In this document: piece by piece, positions 1-9,453 of the stretch
How positions within the stretch are numbered: the first letter of the stretch is position 1
How the letters are laid out: each line of letters begins with the position of its first letter
Source: a bacterium
GTDB taxonomy: Bacteria; Patescibacteriota; Saccharimonadia; Saccharimonadales; UBA4665
Length of the DNA: 50,967 nt
Reading direction: 5' to 3'
Assembly: GCA_021789195.1 (NCBI GenBank)
Contig: JAJYJU010000001.1
Coordinates: 1-50,967 of the forward strand
Made by a program: the position numbers and the translations under genes
Notes under the pieces: model-generated
Told to the model about the DNA's origin: nothing
Seen by the model: the letters and a program-made list of their open reading frames with translations, nothing else
Databases searched by the model: none

Positions 1-2
1 TG

Positions 3-182
3 GGATGGGGTACATTCGTACTTGGTCCAGTACTTGGTGCGCTTATAGGTTACAACCTGTACGTACTTCTATTTACGGACATGAAGGGCGGTTCTAAAGC
101 TGTAGCAGCGCCTGCTACTACTTCGACCTCTTCAAGCCGTGCAAAGAAAACAACTGCAAAGAAAAAGACTAGCAAGCGTTAA
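3..182 (+). CDS. 3' end of a CDS starting upstream of the window; membrane protein whose last helix resembles MIP/aquaporin-family channels (tentative)
   Basis: Frame +3 is open from the window edge to TAA 180-182 (GWGTFVLGPVLGALIGYNLYVLLF..., then a Ser/Thr/Lys-rich tail). The W..GP..GA..G..Y pattern resembles the last MIP helix. It is absent from the ORF track because no start lies in the window. Confidence 0.5.
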   Translation, partial: GWGTFVLGPVLGALIGYNLYVLLFTDMKGGSKAVAAPATTSTSSSRAKKTTAKKKTSKR

Positions 183-204
183 TTAATTAACATTAGCTAG
201 CAAG

Positions 205-237
205 CTGCCCGTAATTAAATTTGCGGGCAGTTTTTTT
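205..237 (+). terminator. Rho-independent terminator after the partial CDS
   Basis: Stem ctgcccg (205-211) pairs with cgggcag (224-230), followed by a T7 run (231-237). The stop codon of the convergent helicase gene lies inside the T tract. Confidence 0.75.
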
Positions 238-3200
238 ATATCTCGCCTTTAATTAAATCTTGTTCAAAACTAGCAATGCCTTTAGTAGACTTGGGGTACT
301 GATTGACGTTTGGAAAATCTAGGTGCATTATCTTGTTCCAAACTACTTCAATTAATTGTTTAGTTTTTTCTAGTTCGTTATCGTTATATGAAAGTTCAAT
401 GCTTTTAATTTTCCCGTCTAAAATATCCGGCTCCACAAATTGGATTACGCCGGTATTAACTTTATAGCCTTTAAACTTTGGGGAAAGTTCTACCAGTAAT
501 TTGTAAAAGTAAAGCTGATTTCTATGATGCAATATCTTGGTGTCTGATTTGTTCCACTTGGAATAACTTTTACCGGTTTTAAAATCCACTATCTTAATCG
601 TCTTTTCCTTGGGGTCTATTATTAAGCGGTCGATTGTTCCCTTTAGACGAACGGTCTTAAATGTAGGGCTGAAACCGTATTCACTTTGATCATCTTTATT
701 AATAGATAAATCGACTTGGTTTAGGTAGGCATTTAATGCGTTAGTTCCTCTAATTAGTAGTTGTTCAAAATCGTGTTTATTGATATGGCGCTTGGAAAGT
801 AGAAGCTCAAACTGATTAAGAATTTGTTTACGCTCAGGCACTTTGCCTAGGTCTTCCCTGGTCTGTTTAAAAATCCAGTCTAGTGTGTGGTGCATGGCGC
901 TGCCGTACTCAGCACTTTCTGATTGCGGCGAAGGAAAGCGGACAATTTCTTTAATAAAGAAAAGTGATGGTCCGTCTTCATTTACATTAGTAAATGTGTT
1001 TAGGTTTGTAGCCGTTAAGTAGAAATTATCTAACCGATTTTTTAAGACAGCATGCTTATCCGGGTCAAAACTATCTAGATGTCTGCTCCACCAAGTTGGC
1101 TGATCTAAGGCCAGGTTTTGGCTGGTCGATTTAGCTTTTATAACTGTTTGATATTTTTCGGGCAACAAAGGAGAAATTAACTGGTCTTCTTTTACCTGCT
1201 CGGATAGGTATGTCAGCGGGTCGCTGTATTTACCGGACAGGCTTTGGTTGTAGCTAGCTAGAACTAAATTATGGCGGGCTCTAGATACAGCTACAAAGAA
1301 AAGGCGCAATTTTTCACTATCGTTGTTTTCATTGACTTTCACAAAAGATAGATTGGCGGGTAGTCCTAGTGAGTTTGATCTTCTTCTTGAACTTCTTCCC
1401 CAGGCACTATCGATAGTGTTTATTATGATTACCGTGTTGAACTCAAGACCCTTAGAAGCATGGGCAGTCATTAGATTAACGGCGTCCTCACTTTCTCTGA
1501 ACGGAGAGTTGTCTATAATTTTTAAATTGGCTTTTTTATAGCTTTCAAAAAAATCTATGAATCCATCGAGGTTAAGATTAGTTTCGCTGTATTCATTGGC
1601 TTTGGAGCGTAGGATTGAAAGCTGGCCAATTAAACGCCAGGCGTCAGCGTTAAATGACCTTGAATTAGTGTTTAGATTATTAAAGTAGTATTCATAAAAC
1701 GGGCTTGTAAAGTCAGCTAGGTCTTTTTCATTTAATGGCAGTGTTAAGTTTCCCATTAAGTAGCTGAGCATCAATTCATAAGAGGAGTCTTCCGATAGCT
1801 GATTTAATCTAATAAAGAAAAGAGCGATTGGTTTAGTTTTAGGATGCTTAAGTAATACATCAATCCAAGCTGTTTTGTCTTCATGAGCTTTGATTGAAAG
1901 TTGCCAAATTAAACTGGTTGGTATTTGCCAATAGTTAAAGCTTAATACTTGTGGCCAGTAAGTGTCAGCTTCAGACTTGTTTCTTAAATTTACTACTAAT
2001 TTAGCGGCAGTAATTAGTTGATTAATAATGTAGTCGTCTAAAATATTATTTTTCTGTTCGTAGTTAATCGGTATTTGATTGGCATGCAGAAAAGGAATAA
2101 GGTCAATTAACATTTGGTGTTTAGGAGCAAAGACGGCAATTTCTTCGGCTTTAGAACCGGGTTGCTTAAGCAGTCCTTTAATGTAGTCGCTCACCCATGC
2201 CAGCTGCTCAATGTCTTTTTCCAGCTCCACTCGCATTACCTGACCGTTAATGTCTTTCGAGATGGCCGAGACTTGGCCTTTGTCCAGTTTAATGTCGATG
2301 GTATCTATAATTTGGTCTCTAATGTTTCCACTGAGGCTAATAATATCCTCAGTCGAGCGGTAGTTTTGTTTAAGATTTATTAGTTTGACGTCTTTATACG
2401 ATGATATAAAGCGTTTCATATGTGAGTAATGGGCGCCTTGGAAACTATAAATAGCTTGGTCGTCATCACCCACGGCTAAAATATTTGGTCTGCCTTCATA
2501 GATTGGATGATCAGCTAGAAGCTCGACCAGTTTAAGTTGTGATTCATTTGTGTCCTGAAATTCATCGAGCTGAATGTATTGGTATCTTTCCTGAAGAGTT
2601 TGCTTAAGGTCAGGGTTGTCTTTTAAGCCTTGAATTGCTAGGAGTATCATATCGTCGTAATCAAACAGCGCGTTTTGCTTCAGCAGCTTGTTATATATTC
2701 TATAAACTTCAATTAGCGCAGTTTGCTTGCTTATTAAGTCCGGGCTAATCAGTCTAAAACGTCCAAGGTCATCTTTCTCTAACCAGCTATCTTTCCATTG
2801 ACGCAAAGGTGGCGTATTGTTTTGAGCCTTAAACGTATCTACTGCACTTTCAAGTTGCTCGACCCATAAATCTTTCAGTGGTAATACGCTTTTGATGCTA
2901 ATTGTACCTGGCAATTGCTTAGATTTTTTTAATAGTTCTGCAAACAATTTTGCATTCGATTTAGACAAACGGAAAGAAGTTGGAAATATTTTTTCCAGAA
3001 GCTTATTAGCTGCAGTCATAAATTCCTGATTGCTTTTAATGACAGCTTCTAAATCGTCTGGTTTAATTAAAGCGCGCTTATAGTTGCTAATTAAGGTTTT
3101 TGTATCATTAAGGTAGAAATCATTTTTAAGCGGATTTGAATACGGTAAATCATTTAAAATTTGTCTGTATAACTTATCTATTAGTAGATCATCGGCTGGC

Positions 3201-3553
3201 TTGGCAGCTAAAACCTCAGAGCTGAATTTTTCCGGATATGTTGCAATTAATGTACGACCAAATCCATGATAAGTTGAGACCGTTATCTCAGAAGCCGAAC
3301 GTCCAATTAAATTGTTTAAACGACTTTTCATGGAAGCGACGGCTGACTCGCTGAAGGTTAAGCATAGAATGTTTTCCGGGCTTGTGTCAGTGGTTTCAAG
3401 AATTCTGCCTACTCTTGTTGCTAATAACTGGGTCTTCCCTGTTCCAGGACCAGCTATGACTAAAACAGGCCCGTCGACTAAGTCTACTGCTTGTCTCTGT
3501 TCATCATTTAACGACTTATACGATGCCGCATAGGCGGAGCTTGAAACACTCAT
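236..3553 (-). CDS. UvrD/PcrA/AddA-like superfamily-1 DNA helicase fused to a C-terminal RecB-type PD-(D/E)XK nuclease
   Basis: Helicase motifs: Walker A AGPGTGKT, motif II LDEFQDTN, VGDDDQAIYSFQGA, QNYRST, AHASKGLEF, VAVSRAR. The C-terminus has GTIDRLII...IVDFKTGK plus QLYFY (D..D-x-K and QxxxY nuclease motifs). Confidence 0.9.
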   Translation of the reverse strand: MSVSSSAYAASYKSLNDEQRQAVDLVDGPVLVIAGPGTGKTQLLATRVGRILETTDTSPENILCLTFSESAVASMKSRLNNLIGRSASEITVSTYHGFGRTLIATYPEKFSSEVLAAKPADDLLIDKLYRQILNDLPYSNPLKNDFYLNDTKTLISNYKRALIKPDDLEAVIKSNQEFMTAANKLLEKIFPTSFRLSKSNAKLFAELLKKSKQLPGTISIKSVLPLKDLWVEQLESAVDTFKAQNNTPPLRQWKDSWLEKDDLGRFRLISPDLISKQTALIEVYRIYNKLLKQNALFDYDDMILLAIQGLKDNPDLKQTLQERYQYIQLDEFQDTNESQLKLVELLADHPIYEGRPNILAVGDDDQAIYSFQGAHYSHMKRFISSYKDVKLINLKQNYRSTEDIISLSGNIRDQIIDTIDIKLDKGQVSAISKDINGQVMRVELEKDIEQLAWVSDYIKGLLKQPGSKAEEIAVFAPKHQMLIDLIPFLHANQIPINYEQKNNILDDYIINQLITAAKLVVNLRNKSEADTYWPQVLSFNYWQIPTSLIWQLSIKAHEDKTAWIDVLLKHPKTKPIALFFIRLNQLSEDSSYELMLSYLMGNLTLPLNEKDLADFTSPFYEYYFNNLNTNSRSFNADAWRLIGQLSILRSKANEYSETNLNLDGFIDFFESYKKANLKIIDNSPFRESEDAVNLMTAHASKGLEFNTVIIINTIDSAWGRSSRRRSNSLGLPANLSFVKVNENNDSEKLRLFFVAVSRARHNLVLASYNQSLSGKYSDPLTYLSEQVKEDQLISPLLPEKYQTVIKAKSTSQNLALDQPTWWSRHLDSFDPDKHAVLKNRLDNFYLTATNLNTFTNVNEDGPSLFFIKEIVRFPSPQSESAEYGSAMHHTLDWIFKQTREDLGKVPERKQILNQFELLLSKRHINKHDFEQLLIRGTNALNAYLNQVDLSINKDDQSEYGFSPTFKTVRLKGTIDRLIIDPKEKTIKIVDFKTGKSYSKWNKSDTKILHHRNQLYFYKLLVELSPKFKGYKVNTGVIQFVEPDILDGKIKSIELSYNDNELEKTKQLIEVVWNKIMHLDFPNVNQYPKSTKGIASFEQDLIKGEI

Positions 3554-3569
3554 TAAATTATTATACCGC

Positions 3570-4763
3570 TTAGTTAATTTTATGCTTCTCGCAATAAGTG
3601 CAAGCTACTGGTTCGGTTGAGCTATAACTGAACCATTGAGGCAATGCTTTACTCCATGGCTCGAAGTCATGAAAGGCACGAATGTCAGCAGCTTGACGAA
3701 GAAACCATGCCAGCCAGCCGTAAATATGCAAGTTTCCCCAGAATATACCGGCCCAACCCTCTCTGACTGGAATGACTGTAATAGGCGCTTTAGGTTTATA
3801 GCTTTTAAATTTCTTGTTAGCGGCTTTTCGTTTAAGGTTTGATGCAATAAATTTAGCGTCGTAAATTGCCGTTTGAGCCATGCCACTATATGGCGTATTT
3901 GCATTATCACCTAGTACATATATATCTTCTTCGGCTTGAAGGTAGACATCGGTTGCAATCTTGTGGTTGGCACTAAAAGAAAAATTGTTCTCGCCATAGA
4001 AAGGGTTATTGGCTGATCCGGCAGTCCAAATAACGGTATGGCTTAAGATCGGCTTATTATTTACCTCTAGTTCGGTTGCATCTTCGCCCTCGACGCGTTT
4101 ATTAAGATAAATTCTAATGCCTAACCGTTTTAATTCTTTAGTAATTCTACGACTGGCAGTTTTGGGAATTTTAGGTAGAACTCTTGGCGAGGAGTCTACC
4201 AGATCAATGTGGATTGGTCGTTTCTCAATACCGTGCCATTCCATAATGCGTAGTAGGTATGATTGTAATGACCCTGCCAGTTCGGTACCAGTAGCACCTG
4301 CGCCGACAATGACATAGTTTAAATCGGGTTTATGATCACTGGTTAATTGATTATGTAAATGGATTTTTAGTTTTTCAACGTCTGATATGCTCTTAACTCC
4401 AAACGAGAGTTCTGCTAAGCCGGGTATATTAAAATAGTTAGTGACTTGTCCGAGAGCAAGAATTAGACTGTCATAACCAAAATGTTTATTATCCTCGGTA
4501 CTTAGAATTTTAGTATCACGATTTAGTGATTTGGCTTTGGCGGTTACTAGCTTAACATTCTTCCCTTCAAAAATTGTCTTAAGAGCTATTGACGCATTAG
4601 CTCTAGCTCCTCCAGTCGCTACATGGTAAAGCGTTGGGAAGTATATTAAGTGCTCTTTGTCAGATAGAAGCGTGACTTCAAAGCGCTCGTCTTCACATAG
4701 CTCCAGCGCCGTTTTGGTGCCCGCAAAGCCACCGCCCACAATTAAAACTTTTTCTTTTGACAT
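3570..4763 (-). CDS. ndh: Type II NADH:quinone oxidoreductase (NDH-2), FAD-dependent pyridine nucleotide-disulfide oxidoreductase
   Basis: Two Rossmann dinucleotide motifs (VLIVGGGFAGTKTA and YVIVGAGATGTELAG). Length and GD-containing motif (YVLGDNA) are typical of NDH-2. Confidence 0.8.
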   Translation of the reverse strand: MSKEKVLIVGGGFAGTKTALELCEDERFEVTLLSDKEHLIYFPTLYHVATGGARANASIALKTIFEGKNVKLVTAKAKSLNRDTKILSTEDNKHFGYDSLILALGQVTNYFNIPGLAELSFGVKSISDVEKLKIHLHNQLTSDHKPDLNYVIVGAGATGTELAGSLQSYLLRIMEWHGIEKRPIHIDLVDSSPRVLPKIPKTASRRITKELKRLGIRIYLNKRVEGEDATELEVNNKPILSHTVIWTAGSANNPFYGENNFSFSANHKIATDVYLQAEEDIYVLGDNANTPYSGMAQTAIYDAKFIASNLKRKAANKKFKSYKPKAPITVIPVREGWAGIFWGNLHIYGWLAWFLRQAADIRAFHDFEPWSKALPQWFSYSSTEPVACTYCEKHKIN

Positions 4764-4831
4764 ACTTTATTTATTAATTTTATACCCTTTATGGGTTGCA
4801 CTCAAACTACTTTTAGGCTTATGCTTAACTA

Positions 4832-6511
4832 TTGGATAGTATGTCAGATAAAACACTAATTGACCAAATTAAAACCTACGGCTTTAAGGGCGAACTTGAT
4901 GATTCGGCGCCTACAATAGATGCTTATAGCCATGACGCATCATTGTTTGAAGTTAAACCTAAACTCGTAGCCTTTCCGTTGGATAAGTCGGATATTGAAA
5001 TATTAGTAAAATTTGTCGGTGACAACAAAGATAAAGACAGATCACTTTCTTTAACGGCCAGATCGGCTGGTACGGACATGGCTGGTGGAGCAATTAATGA
5101 TTCGATTATTATTGATTTTAGGAAACATTTAAATAAGATTGAACAGATTGAGAAAACTTTTGGGCATGCCCAGCCCGGCGTACTTTATAGGGACTTTGAG
5201 GCTCAGACTTTAAAACATCAGGCTTTAATGCCAAGTTACCCTGCGTCACGTGATATGGCTTCAATAGGTGGCATGGTAGCTAACAACTCAGGTGGTGAAA
5301 AATCGCTTGAATTTGGCAAGACAAAAGATTTTATTAATGAGCTTAAAGTTGTTTTTTCGGACGGAATTGAGCGTGTTGTTAAACCTCTAAATAAGGCTGA
5401 GCTAGATAAGAAAATGGCCCAGGATGATTTCGAAGGCGCAGTATATAGACAAGTTTATGAGCTATGCGAAAAGCATTATGATCTTATTAAATCAGCTACT
5501 CCAAAAGTCAGTAAAAACTCCATGGGTTATACCTTATGGGAGGTTTGGGATAGAGAAACTGGCATCTTTGATTTAACCAAGCTGATTGTGGGTAGCGAGG
5601 GCACGCTTGGTTTTGTGACAGATATTAATTTCCGCCTAGTGCCATCTACGCCTCATTCAGGGTTGTTAGTGCTGTTCCTAAGGAACATTGATGATCTAGG
5701 TGAACTTATTCCAGCCATTTTAGCTCATAAGCCGGCAACGTTAGAGAGTTTTGATGATCAGACGCTCTGGCTATCGATAAAGTTCATGCCTTCTTTCCAT
5801 AAGTTACTTGGTACAAAAAGGTTTATTAGTTTACTGTTTAGTTTGATTCCGGATGGACTGCAACTTATTAAGGGTATTCCAAAATTAATCGTTATGGCAG
5901 AATTTACCGGCCAAACTGAAGCTGAAGTCAGGGATAAAATTAAGGCATTGCATAGTGAGCTTAAAACAAAACGCGCCAGGTATGAGATAAACGGTTTTGA
6001 AGAGGATGCCACTGAAGGAAAAAGTGAAAAGTTTTGGGTGATGCGCCGGCAAAGCTTTAATCTTTTAAGGAGTAAAGTTAAAGACAAGCACACAGCTCCA
6101 TTCATTGATGACCTTGTTGTAAATCCACAGTATCTGGTAGATTTTCTGCCAAAGATTAGAAAGATAATTAGTAAGTACAAGCTATTTGCGACAATTGCCG
6201 GGCATTTAGGCGATGGCAATTTCCATATCATTCCGCTTATGAAGCTAGAAAATAAGGAAGAGCGAGACACTATGCTGCCGGCTATGAAAGAAGTTAATGA
6301 ACTAGTTTTAAGTTACCATGGTTCCCTGTCTGGTGAGCACAATGACGGTATGATTAGAGGTCCATGGCTAGGAAAACAGTTTGGCAGTGAAATGCTTAAA
6401 CTATTTAAAGATGTTAAACATATATTTGATCCAAAGAATATCTTTAACCCGCACAAAAAGACTGATGCGGACTGGGACTACAGCTACTCGCACATACGTG
6501 AGCATTTCTAA
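4832..6511 (+). CDS. FAD-linked oxidase (GlcD / D-lactate dehydrogenase-like, FAD_binding_4 plus FAD-oxidase_C)
   Basis: ARSAGTDMAGGAIN-type FAD-binding segment near the N-terminus and GSLSGEHNDGMIRG near the C-terminus. The track start 4832 is TTG; ATG at 4841 is equally plausible. Confidence 0.8.
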   Translation: MDSMSDKTLIDQIKTYGFKGELDDSAPTIDAYSHDASLFEVKPKLVAFPLDKSDIEILVKFVGDNKDKDRSLSLTARSAGTDMAGGAINDSIIIDFRKHLNKIEQIEKTFGHAQPGVLYRDFEAQTLKHQALMPSYPASRDMASIGGMVANNSGGEKSLEFGKTKDFINELKVVFSDGIERVVKPLNKAELDKKMAQDDFEGAVYRQVYELCEKHYDLIKSATPKVSKNSMGYTLWEVWDRETGIFDLTKLIVGSEGTLGFVTDINFRLVPSTPHSGLLVLFLRNIDDLGELIPAILAHKPATLESFDDQTLWLSIKFMPSFHKLLGTKRFISLLFSLIPDGLQLIKGIPKLIVMAEFTGQTEAEVRDKIKALHSELKTKRARYEINGFEEDATEGKSEKFWVMRRQSFNLLRSKVKDKHTAPFIDDLVVNPQYLVDFLPKIRKIISKYKLFATIAGHLGDGNFHIIPLMKLENKEERDTMLPAMKEVNELVLSYHGSLSGEHNDGMIRGPWLGKQFGSEMLKLFKDVKHIFDPKNIFNPHKKTDADWDYSYSHIREHF

Positions 6512-6527
6512 ATTTAGCTATCAGCAT

Positions 6528-6551
6528 TAGCACTATGCTAAGATAGTGCTA
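6528..6551. promoter_or_regulatory. Perfect 9-bp inverted repeat (TAGCACTAT-N6-ATAGTGCTA) between the FAD oxidase gene and cyoA; operator or weak terminator
   Basis: tagcactat (6528-6536) and atagtgcta (6543-6551) are exact reverse complements. They are followed by tagcTTTT and the cyoA Shine-Dalgarno AGGGGG (6560-6565). Confidence 0.4.
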
Positions 6552-6567
6552 TAGCTTTTAGGGGGCA

Positions 6568-7461
6568 ATGAGCAAAACTAAAAAGCGGTTAGGGATTGTA
6601 TCCTTTTTGGTATTTGCAGTACTGATTACTGCCGGCGTTTATTTGTCTCATGTAAATATACCTGTTCTTCAGCCACGTGGTCCAATTGCAGATAAAGAGT
6701 TTAAATTACTAGTCTTAATAGTGAGCTCAATGCTTATTGTGGCCGTGCCGGTGTTCTTATTACTGGCTTATGTTGTATGGCGTTACAGAGAGGATAATCC
6801 AAAGCGCGGTAAATATGAACCGGACTGGGAGCATAGTCGCTGGTTAGAGGGATTGTGGTGGGCTATACCAGCTATCTTGATAACTATAGTATCGGTTATA
6901 ACTTGGAACGCGTCATATGCGCTAAACCCGTATTTGCCCTTAAAGAGTAGTAACAAAGCTATAACTATTCAGGTTGTATCTCTAAATTGGAAATGGTTGT
7001 TTATTTATCCAAACCAGAAAATTGCGACAATTAATTATTTTGAGTTGCCTGTTAATACGCCAATCCACTTCTATTTGACGTCAGATGCTCCTATGAATTC
7101 ATTCTGGCTGCCCCAATTGTCCGGTCAGATTTTTACTATGGCTGGCATGCAAACTCAGCTCTATCTAGCCGCAGATAGCATGGGAACTTATTATGGCAGT
7201 TCGGCTAACATTAGCGGCGTTGGGTTTGCTAATATGCACTTTAATGCAATTAGCGTTTCATCAACTAGTTTTAAAGCATGGGCTCTGTCTGTTAAAGATA
7301 AATCGCCCAATCTTAGCATGAATGAATACATGATGCTTCGACAGCCAAGCAGCATAGTTAAGAATGTTAACTATTCTTACCCTGTTAATTGCTTGTTTAA
7401 CACCATAATAAACAGTTACATGATGCCAGTGGCAAATGGCATGGGTAAGGTTGGAGTCTAG
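6568..7461 (+). CDS. cyoA: Cytochrome bo3-type ubiquinol oxidase subunit II
   Basis: N-terminal TM hairpin. The MNSFWLPQLSGQIFTMAGMQTQL and GSSANISGVGFANMHF blocks match CyoA, and there is no CuA Cys pair, which indicates a quinol oxidase rather than a cytochrome c oxidase. Confidence 0.9.
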   Translation: MSKTKKRLGIVSFLVFAVLITAGVYLSHVNIPVLQPRGPIADKEFKLLVLIVSSMLIVAVPVFLLLAYVVWRYREDNPKRGKYEPDWEHSRWLEGLWWAIPAILITIVSVITWNASYALNPYLPLKSSNKAITIQVVSLNWKWLFIYPNQKIATINYFELPVNTPIHFYLTSDAPMNSFWLPQLSGQIFTMAGMQTQLYLAADSMGTYYGSSANISGVGFANMHFNAISVSSTSFKAWALSVKDKSPNLSMNEYMMLRQPSSIVKNVNYSYPVNCLFNTIINSYMMPVANGMGKVGV

Positions 7462-7465
7462 ACGT

Positions 7466-9451
7466 ATGCTACTAAGCCTATTCGCAAACTTACTTGGCAA
7501 ACTTTCTCTTAAACAATTGCCTCATGATCCTGTAACCGCCGTCGGTGCATCAATGATAGTAGCTGTACCAATTTTGTTAGCAATTCTTTTAACTGTTACG
7601 AAACGCTGGAAATGGCTATATAGAGAGTGGCTGACGACACAGGATCATAAAAAGATTGGCATTATGTACATAATTGTAGCCGTTGCTATGGGTTTACGGG
7701 GACTGGCAGATGTTGTATTAGTGCGTGCTCAACAGGCTTTAGCTTCAGGTAATTCGCATGGCATATTGAACGCATCTCATTTTCAACAAATTGTTAGTGC
7801 GCACGGCACAATTATGATTTTCTTTGTCGCCATGGGGCTGATGTTCGGTATCATTAATTTAATTGTCCCGCTTCAGATTGGCTCACGTGATGTTGCCTTT
7901 CCATTCCTAAACGCTACCGGTTTTTGGTTGTTCTTTGCAGGGATGGCACTAATTAATGTCTCGTTAGTTATTGGCGACTTTGCGGCCACCGGTTGGTTGG
8001 CGTATCCTCCTCTAAGCGAGTTGGCATACAGCCCTACCGTAGGAGTAGATTATTGGATCTGGAGCTTAGAAATTGCCGGAATCGGCAGTCTAATGGCTGG
8101 GGTTAACTTTATTGCCACTATTCTTAAGAAGCGGGTTAAAGGAATGAAGTTAATGCTTATGCCACTGTTTAGTTGGAGTGTGCTTGGCTCAATGTTTTTA
8201 GTTGTGTTTGCCTTCCCTATCCTAACGGTTACCTTGACCTTGCTTGCCTTTGATAGAACTTTTGGCATGCATTTCTTTACGTCCAGTTATGGCGGCAACA
8301 TGATGATGTACGTTAATTTAATTTGGGCATGGGGACATCCTGAGGTGTATATCTTAGTATTGCCGGCCTTTGGTGCTTATTCAGAGGTTGTGTCTGCTTT
8401 TGCTAGAAAGCGACTGTTTGGATATACCTCAATGGTTTGGGCTATCTGGGCAATAGTTGTATTGTCATTTATAGTTTGGCTACATCACTTCTTCACGATG
8501 GGCGCTTCACCGGATGTAAATGCCTTCTTTGGTATTATGACCATGATAATTGCCGTGCCGACGGGAGTTAAACTGTTTAACTGGTTGTTCACGCTGTACA
8601 AGGGAAAGTTGAACTTAAAGACACCGCTTTATTGGTTTATTGCTTTTGTCGTGGTGTTTACGATAGGGGGAATGGCCGGTGTATTAATGGCGGTTCCGCC
8701 ACTTGACTTTCAGTTCCATAACAGCCTGTTTCTAGTTGCGCATTTCCACATGATGATAGTATCGGGCGTATTATTTGGTTACTTTGCGGCTATTACTTAT
8801 TGGTTTCCCAAGTTCTTTGGTTTTAAACTTAATGAAAGACTGGGGCGGTATGCATTCTGGAATTGGCTGATTGGTTTCTTATTAGCCTTTGTACCGCTTT
8901 ATATACTTGGCTTTATGGGAGCGACCAGACGACTCGATCATTATAGTGCTTCGCTCGGCTGGCAACCGCTCTTTATTGTTGCAGCAATAGGTGTGGTGTT
9001 TATTATCGCTGGTGTAGTGTTCCAGTTCCTGCAACTAGTAGTCAGTATCTGGCAAAGAAATAACGAAGGCATGTCACATAAAGATCCATGGGATGGGCGT
9101 ACACTTGAGTGGTCTTTGCCTACACCGGTTCCAATATATAACTTTGCCCGGTTACCGATAGTTAGTACCAGAGATGCTTTTATGGCAATAAAGAAAGCTA
9201 AGCTTATAGATAATAGGCCATATGAACCAATTGAGATTCCGAAGAATACACCACTATCTATACTTATTGCATTAGGTGCATTTCTATTTGGTTTCGCCTT
9301 TGTTTGGCATATTTGGTGGTTGGTTGTGGTCGGGTTTATAACTACAGTTTTGTCCATTATTGTAAGATCAATGGATGAGCATCCGACTAGATTATTATCG
9401 GCAAAACAAGTTGAGAAAATGGAGCAATCTTACAAAGAGGCAGCGGTTTAA
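7466..9451 (+). CDS. cyoB: Cytochrome bo3-type ubiquinol oxidase subunit I (heme-copper oxidase catalytic subunit)
   Basis: Long CyoB-like strings: NLIWAWGHPEVYIL, RKRLFGYTS, SFIVWLHHFFTMGA, VNAFFGI, HNSLFLVAHFH, GFKLNE. I place the start at ATG 7466 (GGAG 9 nt upstream, 5 nt after the cyoA stop); the track ORF starts at 7436 inside cyoA. Confidence 0.93.
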   Translation: MLLSLFANLLGKLSLKQLPHDPVTAVGASMIVAVPILLAILLTVTKRWKWLYREWLTTQDHKKIGIMYIIVAVAMGLRGLADVVLVRAQQALASGNSHGILNASHFQQIVSAHGTIMIFFVAMGLMFGIINLIVPLQIGSRDVAFPFLNATGFWLFFAGMALINVSLVIGDFAATGWLAYPPLSELAYSPTVGVDYWIWSLEIAGIGSLMAGVNFIATILKKRVKGMKLMLMPLFSWSVLGSMFLVVFAFPILTVTLTLLAFDRTFGMHFFTSSYGGNMMMYVNLIWAWGHPEVYILVLPAFGAYSEVVSAFARKRLFGYTSMVWAIWAIVVLSFIVWLHHFFTMGASPDVNAFFGIMTMIIAVPTGVKLFNWLFTLYKGKLNLKTPLYWFIAFVVVFTIGGMAGVLMAVPPLDFQFHNSLFLVAHFHMMIVSGVLFGYFAAITYWFPKFFGFKLNERLGRYAFWNWLIGFLLAFVPLYILGFMGATRRLDHYSASLGWQPLFIVAAIGVVFIIAGVVFQFLQLVVSIWQRNNEGMSHKDPWDGRTLEWSLPTPVPIYNFARLPIVSTRDAFMAIKKAKLIDNRPYEPIEIPKNTPLSILIALGAFLFGFAFVWHIWWLVVVGFITTVLSIIVRSMDEHPTRLLSAKQVEKMEQSYKEAAV

Positions 9452-9453
9452 TT

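Noticed and set aside
3605-3910. 101-aa same-strand alternative-frame ORF within ndh
   Set aside because: It is fully nested in NDH-2, whose frame carries the Rossmann motifs. There is no independent support.
5758-6270. 170-aa minus-strand ORF inside the FAD-linked oxidase gene
   Set aside because: It is antisense to a gene with clear family motifs and has no motifs of its own. The same reasoning applies to 8941-9357 (in cyoB), 33504-33785 (in tmk-thyX), 22690-22995 and 23344-23583 (in cysS), and the other short overlapping ORFs in the track.
7436-7465. Upstream extension of cyoB (track start 7436)
   Set aside because: It lies inside cyoA coding sequence with no SD. ATG 7466 has GGAG at the right distance, and the N-terminus then matches the CyoB pattern (..GKLSL..).
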